A stretch of 64,000 nucleotides of DNA from Candidatus Poribacteria bacterium. Lineage in GTDB: Bacteria; Poribacteria; WGA-4E; PCPOR2b. Both the position numbers and the translations under genes were made by a program. Of the stretch, positions 16,987-26,645 are shown piece by piece; position 1 is the stretch's first letter; every line of letters begins with the position of its first letter. The stretch covers positions 3,488,001 to 3,552,000 of the forward strand of contig OZ240245.1 of assembly GCA_965198175.1 (NCBI GenBank). Direction: 5' to 3'. The notes under the pieces are model-generated. The model was given only the letters and a program-made list of their open reading frames with translations, was not told the origin of the DNA and searched no databases.

Positions 16987-19221
16987 ATGTGCGCGCATGA
17001 GACGACAGCGGAGAATCCCAGCGAGTCCAGCTCTTGGGTCCTATCAAACAGCAGCGCGACCGTCGTGTTATCCGAAGAGAACGGCGGGCTGGCAGCTTTC
17101 GTTGATGAGGCATCCCGATACGACTTCGTCGGCGAGCCGCAGCCGCTCTACGGGCTTCTTCTGTTTGGAAAGGACAAGGAACTCGGCGAACTCGACTCCA
17201 CGCTCGCTGGACCGCCAAAGGTAGAACAGGAGACCACTCCGGATGGAGAGGCGCTCACGCTGACCTACGATCGCCACGGCGAACTCGACCTCGCGGTCAC
17301 CTGCCGCGTCCTGCTGGTAACGGACTCCGCGATGACCCGATGGGCCATCTCCGTACGGAACAACACGTCATACGGCGTCCACGCCATTCGCTACCCGGTC
17401 ATCGTCGCCCCGACGGTGCTGGGGGAATCCGTCGAGGACGGCGTGTTCGTCTGGAGCTGGTTCGGCGGCCAGATCCGGCGCCAACCGGGTCGAACGGAGC
17501 CCGTGCATGACCGGGCGGAATTCGTCGCCGACCGTGGGCGTCGCTCCAATTGGATGCCGAGCCAATACCCAGGACCGATCAGCGTCCAGCTCCAGGCATA
17601 TTACGACGACGGGGCCGGTCTGTACATGGCAACGTACGATGACGCGGGCAACGTCAAGCGCTTCGGAATCGCGCGCATCCCGGAAGGCCTCAACCTGTCG
17701 ATCGAGCACAACTACGACGAGCGTCCCGGACTCGATTTCGACCTGCCGTATGAAACCATGCTGGGCATCTTCCACGGCGACTGGTACACGGCCGCGGACA
17801 TCTACAAGGCCTGGGCACGAGACCAGCACTGGTGCTCGACCAGAGTGGCCGAGAGAACCGACCTGCCCGACTGGCTCAAGGAGCCGAGACCTTGGCCCAT
17901 CACCGTCGCGCGCGGAAACTACGGGCGAATCCGTGGCGTCCTCGCCCACCCGCCTGCCGAGCACCCGCTCGCGAGGTTCTGGCCAGCGAGGAATTGCGTG
18001 CTTCTCATACGTCAATATGCGGCTATCTGGGAGACGCCCGTGGTGACGTTCATGGAAGGTTGGGAAGGCATTGGCGCACCGGGAGGACCGGTCGGGATCT
18101 TCCCGCCGTATGAGGGAGAGCAGAACTTCAAGGCGGCTATGGAAGAGCTGAATCGGGACGGGAACTACCCGTTTATGTACCTCGCCGGATTCCACTGGTG
18201 CTGGAAACGGCCCTCCACCGGCTACGACGACTGGGACCATTTCGAACGCGAGGGATGCCCGATGGCGGCCTTGACCGACCAAGGCGAGCTAATGGTCAGC
18301 GACATGAACTCGCGCACGTACATGGACGGGCAGAAGTACTTCGTCGCGCTCTGCACCGGCTCTCAGAAGACCCAGGACCTCTTCGTCGAGAGTTTCGTGC
18401 GCCTGATGGACCTCGGCTCGGTCGCTGTCCAGATGGATCAGCAGGTCGGCTTCTACGCCGAGGTCTGCTACAGCGAAGAACACGACCATCCGCCCGGATA
18501 CGGCCACTGGATGGTCGACAAGACGCTCGAGTTCCTCGATAGGACGCTCGAGGCGATCAGGAGCAAGAGGGCCGACGCGTTCTTGAGCGTCGAAGCGCCG
18601 TGCGAGATATGGAACCAGAAGCTCGGAATCGTCTTCCATCGCCCGTACAGCCCGCACACCGTGCCCCTTTTCGACTATCTGTACCACGAATACGCGATGG
18701 CCTTCGGAGGCGACGCTCTCATGGGCGTCTGCCACCCGGATGCATCTCTTATGAAGCACGCGACCGCTGCGGTCTGCGGGCTCCAAAACGCCGTCGGCGT
18801 GGGCGAAGCGGAATATGACTTCAATGTTGACCCCGACTACCCCATCCTAGTGCTGCTGCGCAACATCTGCCAGGCACAGAGGACGTACGCCCACAACTAC
18901 CTCGTCTTCGGAGAGATGCTGAGGCCCACTGAGCTCCAGGTCTCACGCGTCACGGTCGATCTCTTCCGACGCCCCGGCACTGTCGACATACCGCGTGTTG
19001 TCCACAGCGTCTGGCGCGCCCTGAACGGCCGGATCGGCTACGTGTTGGTCAACTGGGCCGGCGAGCCGGAGGACGTCTGCTTGGAACTGCGGCCTGGAGC
19101 GGGCGGCGTCGTCACCATCGTAGGAACTGGCCAGCCGGAACCTGCGCCACGCGAGGTGCACGAGGACGCTGTCACTCTCACGCTATCGCCGCGAGGCGTC
19201 ACCTTGGTCGAACATGACTAG
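16987..19221 (+). CDS. Putative glycoside hydrolase-like protein (DUF6259-like)
   Basis: 744 aa; YPG, HGDWYTAADIYKAW, QMDQ, HDHPPGYG, VPLFDYLYHEY. Confidence 0.7.
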   Translation: MCAHETTAENPSESSSWVLSNSSATVVLSEENGGLAAFVDEASRYDFVGEPQPLYGLLLFGKDKELGELDSTLAGPPKVEQETTPDGEALTLTYDRHGELDLAVTCRVLLVTDSAMTRWAISVRNNTSYGVHAIRYPVIVAPTVLGESVEDGVFVWSWFGGQIRRQPGRTEPVHDRAEFVADRGRRSNWMPSQYPGPISVQLQAYYDDGAGLYMATYDDAGNVKRFGIARIPEGLNLSIEHNYDERPGLDFDLPYETMLGIFHGDWYTAADIYKAWARDQHWCSTRVAERTDLPDWLKEPRPWPITVARGNYGRIRGVLAHPPAEHPLARFWPARNCVLLIRQYAAIWETPVVTFMEGWEGIGAPGGPVGIFPPYEGEQNFKAAMEELNRDGNYPFMYLAGFHWCWKRPSTGYDDWDHFEREGCPMAALTDQGELMVSDMNSRTYMDGQKYFVALCTGSQKTQDLFVESFVRLMDLGSVAVQMDQQVGFYAEVCYSEEHDHPPGYGHWMVDKTLEFLDRTLEAIRSKRADAFLSVEAPCEIWNQKLGIVFHRPYSPHTVPLFDYLYHEYAMAFGGDALMGVCHPDASLMKHATAAVCGLQNAVGVGEAEYDFNVDPDYPILVLLRNICQAQRTYAHNYLVFGEMLRPTELQVSRVTVDLFRRPGTVDIPRVVHSVWRALNGRIGYVLVNWAGEPEDVCLELRPGAGGVVTIVGTGQPEPAPREVHEDAVTLTLSPRGVTLVEHD

Positions 19222-19660
19222 TGCGTCACGGGAGAAGTTTCTCGATAGTTAAACCGTCAACGGACGACCTTAATACGTCCAGTTAAATGGATATTGAGGT
19301 TATCCACGATAAAAGTGCATTCCCCTTGGGAATCCTGTTGTGTCAAGTGATTTATGCCACAAACTATTAGCGCCACCGATGTGGACCGCAGAGGTGCGAG
19401 CGTCGTCGCGCTCCGTGCGATTGCCGTCGGCGTCATCCCGATCGTCGTCAATGCCCACTGGATCGCGCAACCGTCGAATGCCGCAGGCGCCGCGATGGTG
19501 CTGCTCACCTACCTCTCCGCTATTTATCAACACGGTCTTCATCACGGCGCAAAACGGCGCGTTGCAGTTGGAACCCGGAAGGGCTGCAGTCCCGCACCAG
19601 AACTGAACGGGCGCAATCAGAGGCAAGCGGCGCGAATGTGTGGTTCGCAATATATTTTAC

Positions 19661-19709
19661 TTGACAGCAGCGAAATTTAGGAACATAATAACTGATGGTC
19701 TGACCTTTA
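19661..19709 (+). promoter_or_regulatory. Sigma70 promoter plus FadR/GntR-type operator (copy 2), upstream of the regulator
   Basis: TTGACA-17bp-CATAAT immediately followed by TGGTCTGACC. Confidence 0.7.
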
Positions 19710-19869
19710 ATAAGTTTAACGCAAAACCAGAGAATTAGGTCTCAGGTTTAGGGGCACTCGTCCCGAATGCCCCCTCTGTTTCGGTTTTAAGCGACGCTCA
19801 TGATTCCAAACAGTCTAGCTATCGTTGAATCCTTCTCATTTTCGAAATGGAAAACAGGAAGCAGCGTGA

Positions 19870-20652
19870 ATGACGATGAGACACCATAAACCAGTCAACT
19901 CAGTCATGCAAGAGATGCGACCTGTGGCTCGCACTTCTCTGAGCGATGAAATTGTCTCGCAAATTATTGACCTGATTTCGCGGGATGTGCTTAAACCTGG
20001 AGAACGGCTGCCCTCTGAACGGGAGCTTTGTAAGCAGTTTGGCGTGGGGCGCAGCTCGTTGAGAGAGGCGCTGCGTTCTCTTGCAGTCATGGGTATTCTA
20101 GATGGACGTGTTGGAGATGGCACTTTTGTCTCCGATAATAACGAGAGGTATCTGGAGAAATCCCTGCAGTGGGGTTTGCTGCTCGACCGAAAAAAAATCC
20201 AAGATCTGATTGAAACCCGGCTGATGCTAGAATCCCAAACTGCTTTTCTAGCTGCACAGAGAGCTTCATCCGAAAACATAGACGAAATTGAGCGGACTCT
20301 TCGGGGAATGGAATCATTGATTCAGCAGCCTGAGAAATATCTGGAATTTGATGTGCAATTCCACCTCACAATAGCTCAGGCTACTCAAAATTCGATACTT
20401 TACAACCTCCTGAACATGACCCGGAATTACTTGCAAACGTGGATTAAAGGGAGTCTAGACGAGCCATCGGCACCTAAAGCAGAACAACGTGCTATATTGT
20501 CCGTGCAAGAGCACCAGAAAATTCTTCAATCACTTCGAAATAGGGATGCCGAGGAGACACAGAAGGCAATGACTCAACACATCCTCTCTAGCAGCGTTAC
20601 CCTACAAGCGCATTTTGAAGATAAATCTAGGATAACTGATTCGCCGCTCTAA
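19870..20652 (+). CDS. FadR/GntR family transcriptional regulator
   Basis: LKPGERLPSERELCKQFGVGRSSLREAL wHTH; FCD domain DVQFH...N...EHQKI. Confidence 0.95.
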   Translation: MTMRHHKPVNSVMQEMRPVARTSLSDEIVSQIIDLISRDVLKPGERLPSERELCKQFGVGRSSLREALRSLAVMGILDGRVGDGTFVSDNNERYLEKSLQWGLLLDRKKIQDLIETRLMLESQTAFLAAQRASSENIDEIERTLRGMESLIQQPEKYLEFDVQFHLTIAQATQNSILYNLLNMTRNYLQTWIKGSLDEPSAPKAEQRAILSVQEHQKILQSLRNRDAEETQKAMTQHILSSSVTLQAHFEDKSRITDSPL

Positions 20653-20965
20653 TAGCAGACGGTCAATACATTGAGATACAACTGAGTTGGACCGCGGACT
20701 TTTATCAAGAGAAGAAAACGAATTGAGCAAAGTAGAGGATAAGGAAGGTTTCTCGATTAAGTGATTACAAATTGTGAATGACAGACAGCCGTGCACCATC
20801 TTGGTTTTCCTACTCTCGCTCATACATCAGTAACACAAGGTAAATCGAAGATATGATTATCATTGAAGATCCAAAACTTAAGAATAACTTATGTCTTGAT
20901 CTATAGATTATGATTTGATACAATCATTGTAAAAAGCATACCCTATAGGAATTGAGGACTGCGCG

Positions 20966-21580
20966 TTGACTCGCATCAAAATTTGTGGAACAACGAACTT
21001 GGACGATGCATTAATTGCGGTAGAGGCGGGTGCAGACGCGCTCGGTTTTATATTTGTCCCCAACACACCCCGATATATCCACCCCGATGAAGCAGCAAAA
21101 ATCATCGAAGAGTTACCTCCTTTTATCACAACCGTCGGACTGTTTGTTAACGCTGAACAGAAAGAAATTGATACAATCGCAAACGACTGTTCTTTAGATG
21201 CGATACAGTTACACGGTGAAGAGCCACCGGAATTATGTCAAACACTGAATCGAAGAGTTGTTAAAGCATTCCGTGTTAAAGACGAATCGAGCTTGTCTCG
21301 TTTGCACGATTATCACGTCCGTGCGTATCTCTTAGATACGTATGTCAAAGGATCGATAGGCGGCACGGGAAAGGTTTTCGATTGGAATCTCGCCGTGAAG
21401 GCAAAACAGTACGGTCGAATAATCTTAGCGGGCGGACTCAATCCCCATAACATTGCGTCAGCTATTATGCAAGTGCGTCCGTATGGTGTTGATGTCAGTA
21501 GCGGCGTCGAAGTGCGCCCAGACCGCAAGGATCCTGCCAAAGTCAAGGCATTTATTGGCGCCGTGAGAGCAGCGGCTTGA
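20966..21580 (+). CDS. trpF: Phosphoribosylanthranilate isomerase
   Basis: KICG, QLHG, GGTG..FDW, LAGGL, GVDVSSGVE. Confidence 0.95.
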   Translation: MTRIKICGTTNLDDALIAVEAGADALGFIFVPNTPRYIHPDEAAKIIEELPPFITTVGLFVNAEQKEIDTIANDCSLDAIQLHGEEPPELCQTLNRRVVKAFRVKDESSLSRLHDYHVRAYLLDTYVKGSIGGTGKVFDWNLAVKAKQYGRIILAGGLNPHNIASAIMQVRPYGVDVSSGVEVRPDRKDPAKVKAFIGAVRAAA

Positions 21581-21583
21581 ATA

Positions 21584-22096
21584 ATGAAGACCATCGAACT
21601 AATCTACAGACGCTTGCCGGATCGCGTTAGCCATTTTCAACAGAACTTGCTTTATGAAGACAGTGAAGTGATTGTGACATCTCAGCAAGTCAAGCCTTCA
21701 AACCCAATTGTGATTGATGGTGTGACAGTGCTTGGCGATGACTTTACGGCAATCTGGTTTGTCTTCGCCAACCAATGGTATGATATTGGTAAGATTTATA
21801 ATCTAAACAATCAACTCACGGGCTACTACTGTGACATAATTACGCCGATGAAACGAACAGAAACGTCCATCGAAATTACCGATTTATTTTTAGATCTGTG
21901 GGTTTCGCCGGATGGAAGCTATCAGCTTCATGACGAAGATGAATTTGAGGTCGCTATTCAGCACAATTGGATACAGTCTGATCTAGCAGAAAAGGCGAGG
22001 AACATGCTACATAATTTGATTTCCGAGGTTGAGCTAAGCGTTTTCCCGCCTGAGATTGTATCTCATTGGGGATTACCGCATCTAAATGGAAATTAG
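21584..22096 (+). CDS. DUF402 family protein
   Basis: GYYCDI, DLFLDLWV, DEDEF. Confidence 0.8.
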   Translation: MKTIELIYRRLPDRVSHFQQNLLYEDSEVIVTSQQVKPSNPIVIDGVTVLGDDFTAIWFVFANQWYDIGKIYNLNNQLTGYYCDIITPMKRTETSIEITDLFLDLWVSPDGSYQLHDEDEFEVAIQHNWIQSDLAEKARNMLHNLISEVELSVFPPEIVSHWGLPHLNGN

Positions 22097-22158
22097 GCAT
22101 TAGGTGCGTGCTTAATTCTAATCCGATATGCAACAACTTTCACGGAGGTTATAGCAAT

Positions 22159-23151
22159 ATGTCCATGATAATGGAAGGGGTTGGCAGTGATTTCAGGTTA
22201 TTCTCCGGGCGTGCAAATCCGGAGTTTGCAAAGGAGGTTGCTGCGATTTTGGGCGTTGAACTTGGTAGGATTTCAATCCGTGCATTCCCAAACAGTGAGA
22301 CCAGCGTCCAGATTGAAGAAAGTATTCGCGGCACAGATATTTATATCATTCAACCAACATGTGAACCTGCCAACGACCACTTGATGGAATTACTCCTTAC
22401 CATAGATGCAATGAAACGCGCATCTGCCCGACAGATAACCGCTGTTATTCCGTACTTTGGTTACGCTCGCCAGGACCACAAAACTACTGGGCGGGAACCG
22501 ATTAGCGCAAAATTGGTTGCTGAACTCCTGACGACCGCTGGCGCGAATCGTGTCGTGGCACTGGACCTACACGCATCTCAGATTCAAGGCTTCTTCGATA
22601 TTCCCATGGATCACCTCACTGCTGTCGCAACATTGGCGAACTACTTCAAAGAGAAGCGTATCGAAAACGGGGTTATCGCCTCTCCCGATGTCGGACGCGC
22701 AAAGTTAGCAGAAAAGTACATGGATATGCTTGAACTACCATTGGCTTTAATGCACAAACGGCGCAGTGGTGTAGGAGGTCAACAGGTTGAATTTGTTGAA
22801 CTTGTCGGCGATGTTGCCGGTAGAACCCCAATAATTATCGACGATGAAATTGCGACTGGCGGTACGATTTACAAACAGGTCGAAGCATTAGCCATAGCAG
22901 GCGCAAACCCCGCGTATATCAGCGTCACCCATCCCGTACTCGTCGGATCTGCACTTGAGCGGCTAAGTCACCCAGGCATTCAAGAGGTGGTCGTCACCAA
23001 TACGATTCCAGTTCCCGCTGAAAAACAACTAAACGGCAAAATTAAGGTGCTTTCCATTGCGCCGCTCGTTGCCGAAGCTATCTTGAGAATTCACCAACAT
23101 CGTTCTGTCAGCAAGGTGTTCTTCGATCAGAAACTGGTGTTTCCGGTGTGA
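22159..23151 (+). CDS. prs: Ribose-phosphate pyrophosphokinase
   Basis: PYFGYARQD, DLHASQIQGFF, SPDVG, IDDEIATGGT; start placed after a GGAGG RBS. Confidence 0.95.
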   Translation: MSMIMEGVGSDFRLFSGRANPEFAKEVAAILGVELGRISIRAFPNSETSVQIEESIRGTDIYIIQPTCEPANDHLMELLLTIDAMKRASARQITAVIPYFGYARQDHKTTGREPISAKLVAELLTTAGANRVVALDLHASQIQGFFDIPMDHLTAVATLANYFKEKRIENGVIASPDVGRAKLAEKYMDMLELPLALMHKRRSGVGGQQVEFVELVGDVAGRTPIIIDDEIATGGTIYKQVEALAIAGANPAYISVTHPVLVGSALERLSHPGIQEVVVTNTIPVPAEKQLNGKIKVLSIAPLVAEAILRIHQHRSVSKVFFDQKLVFPV

Positions 23152-23159
23152 TCAGCGCG

Positions 23160-23430
23160 CAAGATTCGCGTCGACCGCGAGCTCACAAAACTGCTCTCCA
23201 CCACGGACGCTTGCTCCTGTGAGATAATCCATCGAACAGACATCTCGACCTGAACTGGGAACACCATCAGACCTAGAGACATTAAACACAAACTACGGGC
23301 TACAGGAGGGCGTACGCAACGGCTGCGATTCACACTTCGCGTTCCGCCACTGCCACGTCGGCTACATCCTCCCCAAATCCAACATCGGACAGGGCACTGA
23401 AAATCGTGCTTCGCATCAATTTAAGGAAAT
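23160..23430 (+). pseudogene. Degenerate HNH-nuclease C-terminal remnant
   Basis: Frameshifted pieces IIHRTDI...KHKL / YGLQEGVRNGCDSHFAFRHCHVGYILPKS resemble CxxC...DHIIPxSxGG HNH domains. Confidence 0.4.
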
Positions 23431-23433
23431 CAC

Positions 23434-23874
23434 ATGAAAACCACTGAGTCAACAAGTAAACGCATAAATAGCCTATCCATAGGTAGGGAAGAAATAAAAA
23501 GTGGCGAATATAAGCCAACAGCCCTAGGCATTACTTATAACAACAGCAAAGACGAACGTCCGTTTGACCGTGCCTTTGAAGTGTATGATTGGAATGACTT
23601 GTTACCAGCGTTGTGCGAGGAATTGTTTGCGATACATGGCGACCAATTCGAAATCGAAGCCAAATCTGGCAAATTTCCGTATTTGTCTACCATGCTGCCA
23701 AATTACCAAAAAACACCCGATTCTTGGCAAAGGATGAAGCACTGTCGCATTAGCATATTCAAGACCCGCTCTGCCGCTGAAATTATAGGAAAAATGGTAG
23801 AGCTTATCACACATTTTAGTAACAATAAGGAGGTATCAGTACGTTTATTGACACACCATCTGAAATATGAATAA
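23434..23874 (+). CDS. Hypothetical protein
   Basis: 146-aa ORF with AAGGA RBS. Confidence 0.55.
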   Translation: MKTTESTSKRINSLSIGREEIKSGEYKPTALGITYNNSKDERPFDRAFEVYDWNDLLPALCEELFAIHGDQFEIEAKSGKFPYLSTMLPNYQKTPDSWQRMKHCRISIFKTRSAAEIIGKMVELITHFSNNKEVSVRLLTHHLKYE

Positions 23875-24222
23875 AATTCTGAAGTTGTTGACGAGCGTGC
23901 TTTGTGGTTTCTTCGCCTTCATACTCATCGGTTGCATCTTGACAATTGCATTCCTTTGTCTAAGCGACGCATACAGCACTGCGAAGATCCTACTCGCAGG
24001 TGAACCCAACTTCGATGGCGGGGGGGCAATTTTTTCCACACTCATATTGACGAGTACAAAAAGTGGGAGTCCGTGAAATCGAATTGGCATTTTTATGTCT
24101 TGCTCGGTGCCGCCGGTGTCGCCCTCATAATCCTCAGCCTAATTATCGCTTGCTTAACCTTCATGTTGATGCGAAAGAAAATTTACACGCCATGTGAAAG
24201 GTCGTCGATTATTAAATCTTAA
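23867..24222 (+). pseudogene. Two-TM membrane protein split at a G7 tract
   Basis: One extra G at 24020-24026 would fuse ORF 23867-24076 with the TM-encoding ORF ending at 24222. Confidence 0.5.
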
Positions 24223-24249
24223 ACACCAACTTACTAACGGAGGTACTCA

Positions 24250-24906
24250 ATGAATACAATCCATAAACTTGCATACATCACTATCGGAGGCGTATTAGTT
24301 GCAGTCGGCATGATGATTTCACCACTCAATGCGCAAAAAGATAAATTCGGGGAAATTGAGTGTACAAGTTTGAAGGTAGTCGATGCCGACGGGGAAGTAA
24401 AAGCTTGGTTAGGCGTTAATGAATTTGGCGGCGGGTTTGTAAGCGTCGGTGGTAACGATGGAAGGCCGAGAGTTGCCGTAAGCGTTGATGCCTTTGGTGA
24501 CGGAGTTATAAGCGTCAGCGGTAACGATGGGAAGGGGATAATTAACTTACGTGTTGATGAAAATGGCAACGGGGTTGTAGATGTCGGCGGTAAAGATAGC
24601 AGGAAGCCTAGAGTTACCTTAGGCGTTAATGAAGTTGGCGGCGGCGTTGTAGGTGTCGGCGATGCCGATGATGAAAAAGCTACAGCTTTCATAGCCGTTG
24701 ATGAAGATGGTAACGGAGCTTTATTCGTCGGCGGTAATGATGGGAAGATTGCGATTGGTTTAGGCGCTGCTGAAAATGGCGGCGGGCTTGTAGAGGTCTA
24801 CGGTAACGATGAGAAGAGGAGAGCTGCCTTAGGCGTTGATAAAATTGGGGCCGGTGTCGTCGAACTTTATAGCAAATTTGGGAAACAGCGAACAATAAGA
24901 CCATGA
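24250..24906 (+). CDS. Secreted Gly/Val-rich ~23-aa repeat protein
   Basis: GGAGG RBS, N-terminal hydrophobic signal, about 7 repeats like LGVNEFGGGFVSVGGNDG. Confidence 0.8.
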   Translation: MNTIHKLAYITIGGVLVAVGMMISPLNAQKDKFGEIECTSLKVVDADGEVKAWLGVNEFGGGFVSVGGNDGRPRVAVSVDAFGDGVISVSGNDGKGIINLRVDENGNGVVDVGGKDSRKPRVTLGVNEVGGGVVGVGDADDEKATAFIAVDEDGNGALFVGGNDGKIAIGLGAAENGGGLVEVYGNDEKRRAALGVDKIGAGVVELYSKFGKQRTIRP

Positions 24907-25114
24907 CAACCCCTGAAGAAAAGAGAAATAAATGTTAGGGCGGTCGTTTCTTATCGGCAAATTCAAAGATGTATTTGGGTTCGTTCTCAGAGTGCTGGTG
25001 ATAATCGTATCACTTCCAATCGGCTTATTCGCAGTAGCGATTTGCCTCGACAACCTATTTGATAATAAAACCGTTGAAAATCAACTAATGATGTGACAAT
25101 AGTATTTTCAGGTT

Positions 25115-25846
25115 TTACGATTCACGCTTTTTGTGCCACTTCTTCTCAAAGTTGTCTCGTGGGGTAAAACCGAGAATCCGTTTTGCTTTCTCGTTAGAGA
25201 ATTGCTGATGCGGAAGATTTGCGAAGATATTGAATACCTCACACCGAGATGGAAGTTTGGCAAGGTCGATTTCCAATCCCAACCGGAATACGTCCGCCGC
25301 ATCTCGCCACGAGACAGAGAACGAATGGATATCTGTGCCTTCGCCCGCAACATCGTGAGCATGGAAGGCTAGAAAGAGAAAACAGAGAACATAAATGTCG
25401 TAATTCTCTGTGAAAACTCTACAAATTTCCTGCCCAAGCCCCTTTGAGATTGAATACAGAAGTGTCCCCGGATGTGGAGGGACATCTGGATTGATTTCGT
25501 AGTCGTAGTCCGTGTAGGAACTTCCCGCGATGGTAAAATGGGGACCAGTGTTAATCACTCTCTGAATACCGTGTTCAACCGCCGCTCGCATCGTATTGTA
25601 GCAACCGCTTGTGTTCACATCGAACGCAAGCTGTCGATCCTCACGTAAAACCGAACAGTTGATGATAGCCTCCATCCCCTCCGCAGCCTTCATGACCTCA
25701 TCAAGAGATCCAACGTCAACGTGCATGGATTCATGCTCTGTCTCAATCGGTGTAATGTCCGTGATTCGCAGTTGGTGATGTGGCTCTAATGCTTTCACGA
25801 GATGGGGACCCAAAAGACCGTGTCCACCCAAGATTAATACCTTCAT
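25115..25846 (-). CDS. NAD-dependent epimerase/dehydrogenase (extended SDR, uronate dehydrogenase-like)
   Basis: GGHGLLG, YSISK. Confidence 0.85.
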   Translation of the reverse strand: MKVLILGGHGLLGPHLVKALEPHHQLRITDITPIETEHESMHVDVGSLDEVMKAAEGMEAIINCSVLREDRQLAFDVNTSGCYNTMRAAVEHGIQRVINTGPHFTIAGSSYTDYDYEINPDVPPHPGTLLYSISKGLGQEICRVFTENYDIYVLCFLFLAFHAHDVAGEGTDIHSFSVSWRDAADVFRLGLEIDLAKLPSRCEVFNIFANLPHQQFSNEKAKRILGFTPRDNFEKKWHKKRES

Positions 25847-25849
25847 TAT

Positions 25850-26557
25850 TCACCTCTCAATAGAAAATTGCGGGCTGAATTTTAGGGAATCCTTCGCTTT
25901 GAGGATGGAGAAGCGTGAATTTGGTAATTCCGATTGGACATGGAAGATTTCCCATCTTGCGGCAGGCGCCTTCAGTGCGCACTCAAAAATATGGACGGCA
26001 TCTTTCATTTCAAGCCATGTCGCGTCAAACGGCTGATTTGAAACTTCAGCATCGGTGACTAGGGCGCCTAATCTAAGGCAGGTGATGTTGATGAGACCTT
26101 CACGGGCAAACTCGCGGCACACGAACTCACCGAGGTACTTGGAGAGAATGGAAGCGTCTGTTGTGGGCAACGGACGCCAGCTTTCGGTCACAGCCCAATC
26201 TTCATCATACCTATCCATGACGCGGAGAGTGCTCGCATAGATGACACGAGTGACTTTTTCGGCAGCCGCTGCCGACACCATGTTGTAGGTACATCGTGTT
26301 AGAAAGTCGATTTCCAAATTTGCAGCATCCTTTGATTCTGAAAGCAGGACGTGAGGCAACTCTGCCAGATGGATAATGACATCTATTCCTCGCACTAACC
26401 GAATTGTTTCCTCCCCGTGACCGAGATTGCTGCGGACGAACTCAAAATCTGTTTCGACATCAATCAGATCCGTCAGGCGAATCTGATGTTCACTTGACAA
26501 GACTGCTGCTAACGTTTGAGCCAAATCAGAAGCGGCAGAAGTGATTAAAAGCTTCAT
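25850..26557 (-). CDS. Atypical extended SDR paralog
   Basis: Same fold as its neighbour (LTDL, IIHLA, LRLG), but ITSAASDLA replaces GxxGxxG and ILSK replaces YxxxK. Confidence 0.75.
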   Translation of the reverse strand: MKLLITSAASDLAQTLAAVLSSEHQIRLTDLIDVETDFEFVRSNLGHGEETIRLVRGIDVIIHLAELPHVLLSESKDAANLEIDFLTRCTYNMVSAAAAEKVTRVIYASTLRVMDRYDEDWAVTESWRPLPTTDASILSKYLGEFVCREFAREGLINITCLRLGALVTDAEVSNQPFDATWLEMKDAVHIFECALKAPAARWEIFHVQSELPNSRFSILKAKDSLKFSPQFSIER

Positions 26558-26645
26558 CTTGAAATCTCCAAAAGCGGAAGCTGGTTATAATTTGTGTCAT
26601 GCGCGGTGAAACACAACCGCATCAGAGGTCGCTCCCTGACAATAG

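Noticed and set aside
14765..18786. Long antisense or alternate-frame ORFs (e.g. 14765-15331, 17368-18282, 18289-18786)
   Set aside because: Shadows of GC-rich genes on the other strand; no motifs
19354..19680. 108-aa ORF with a hydrophobic stretch
   Set aside because: It looks like a membrane-protein stub running into the promoter repeat; not supportable as a gene
24234..24692. Pro/Thr/Ser-rich mucin-like ORF
   Set aside because: Antisense mirror of the Gly/Val repeat gene, which has the RBS and signal segment
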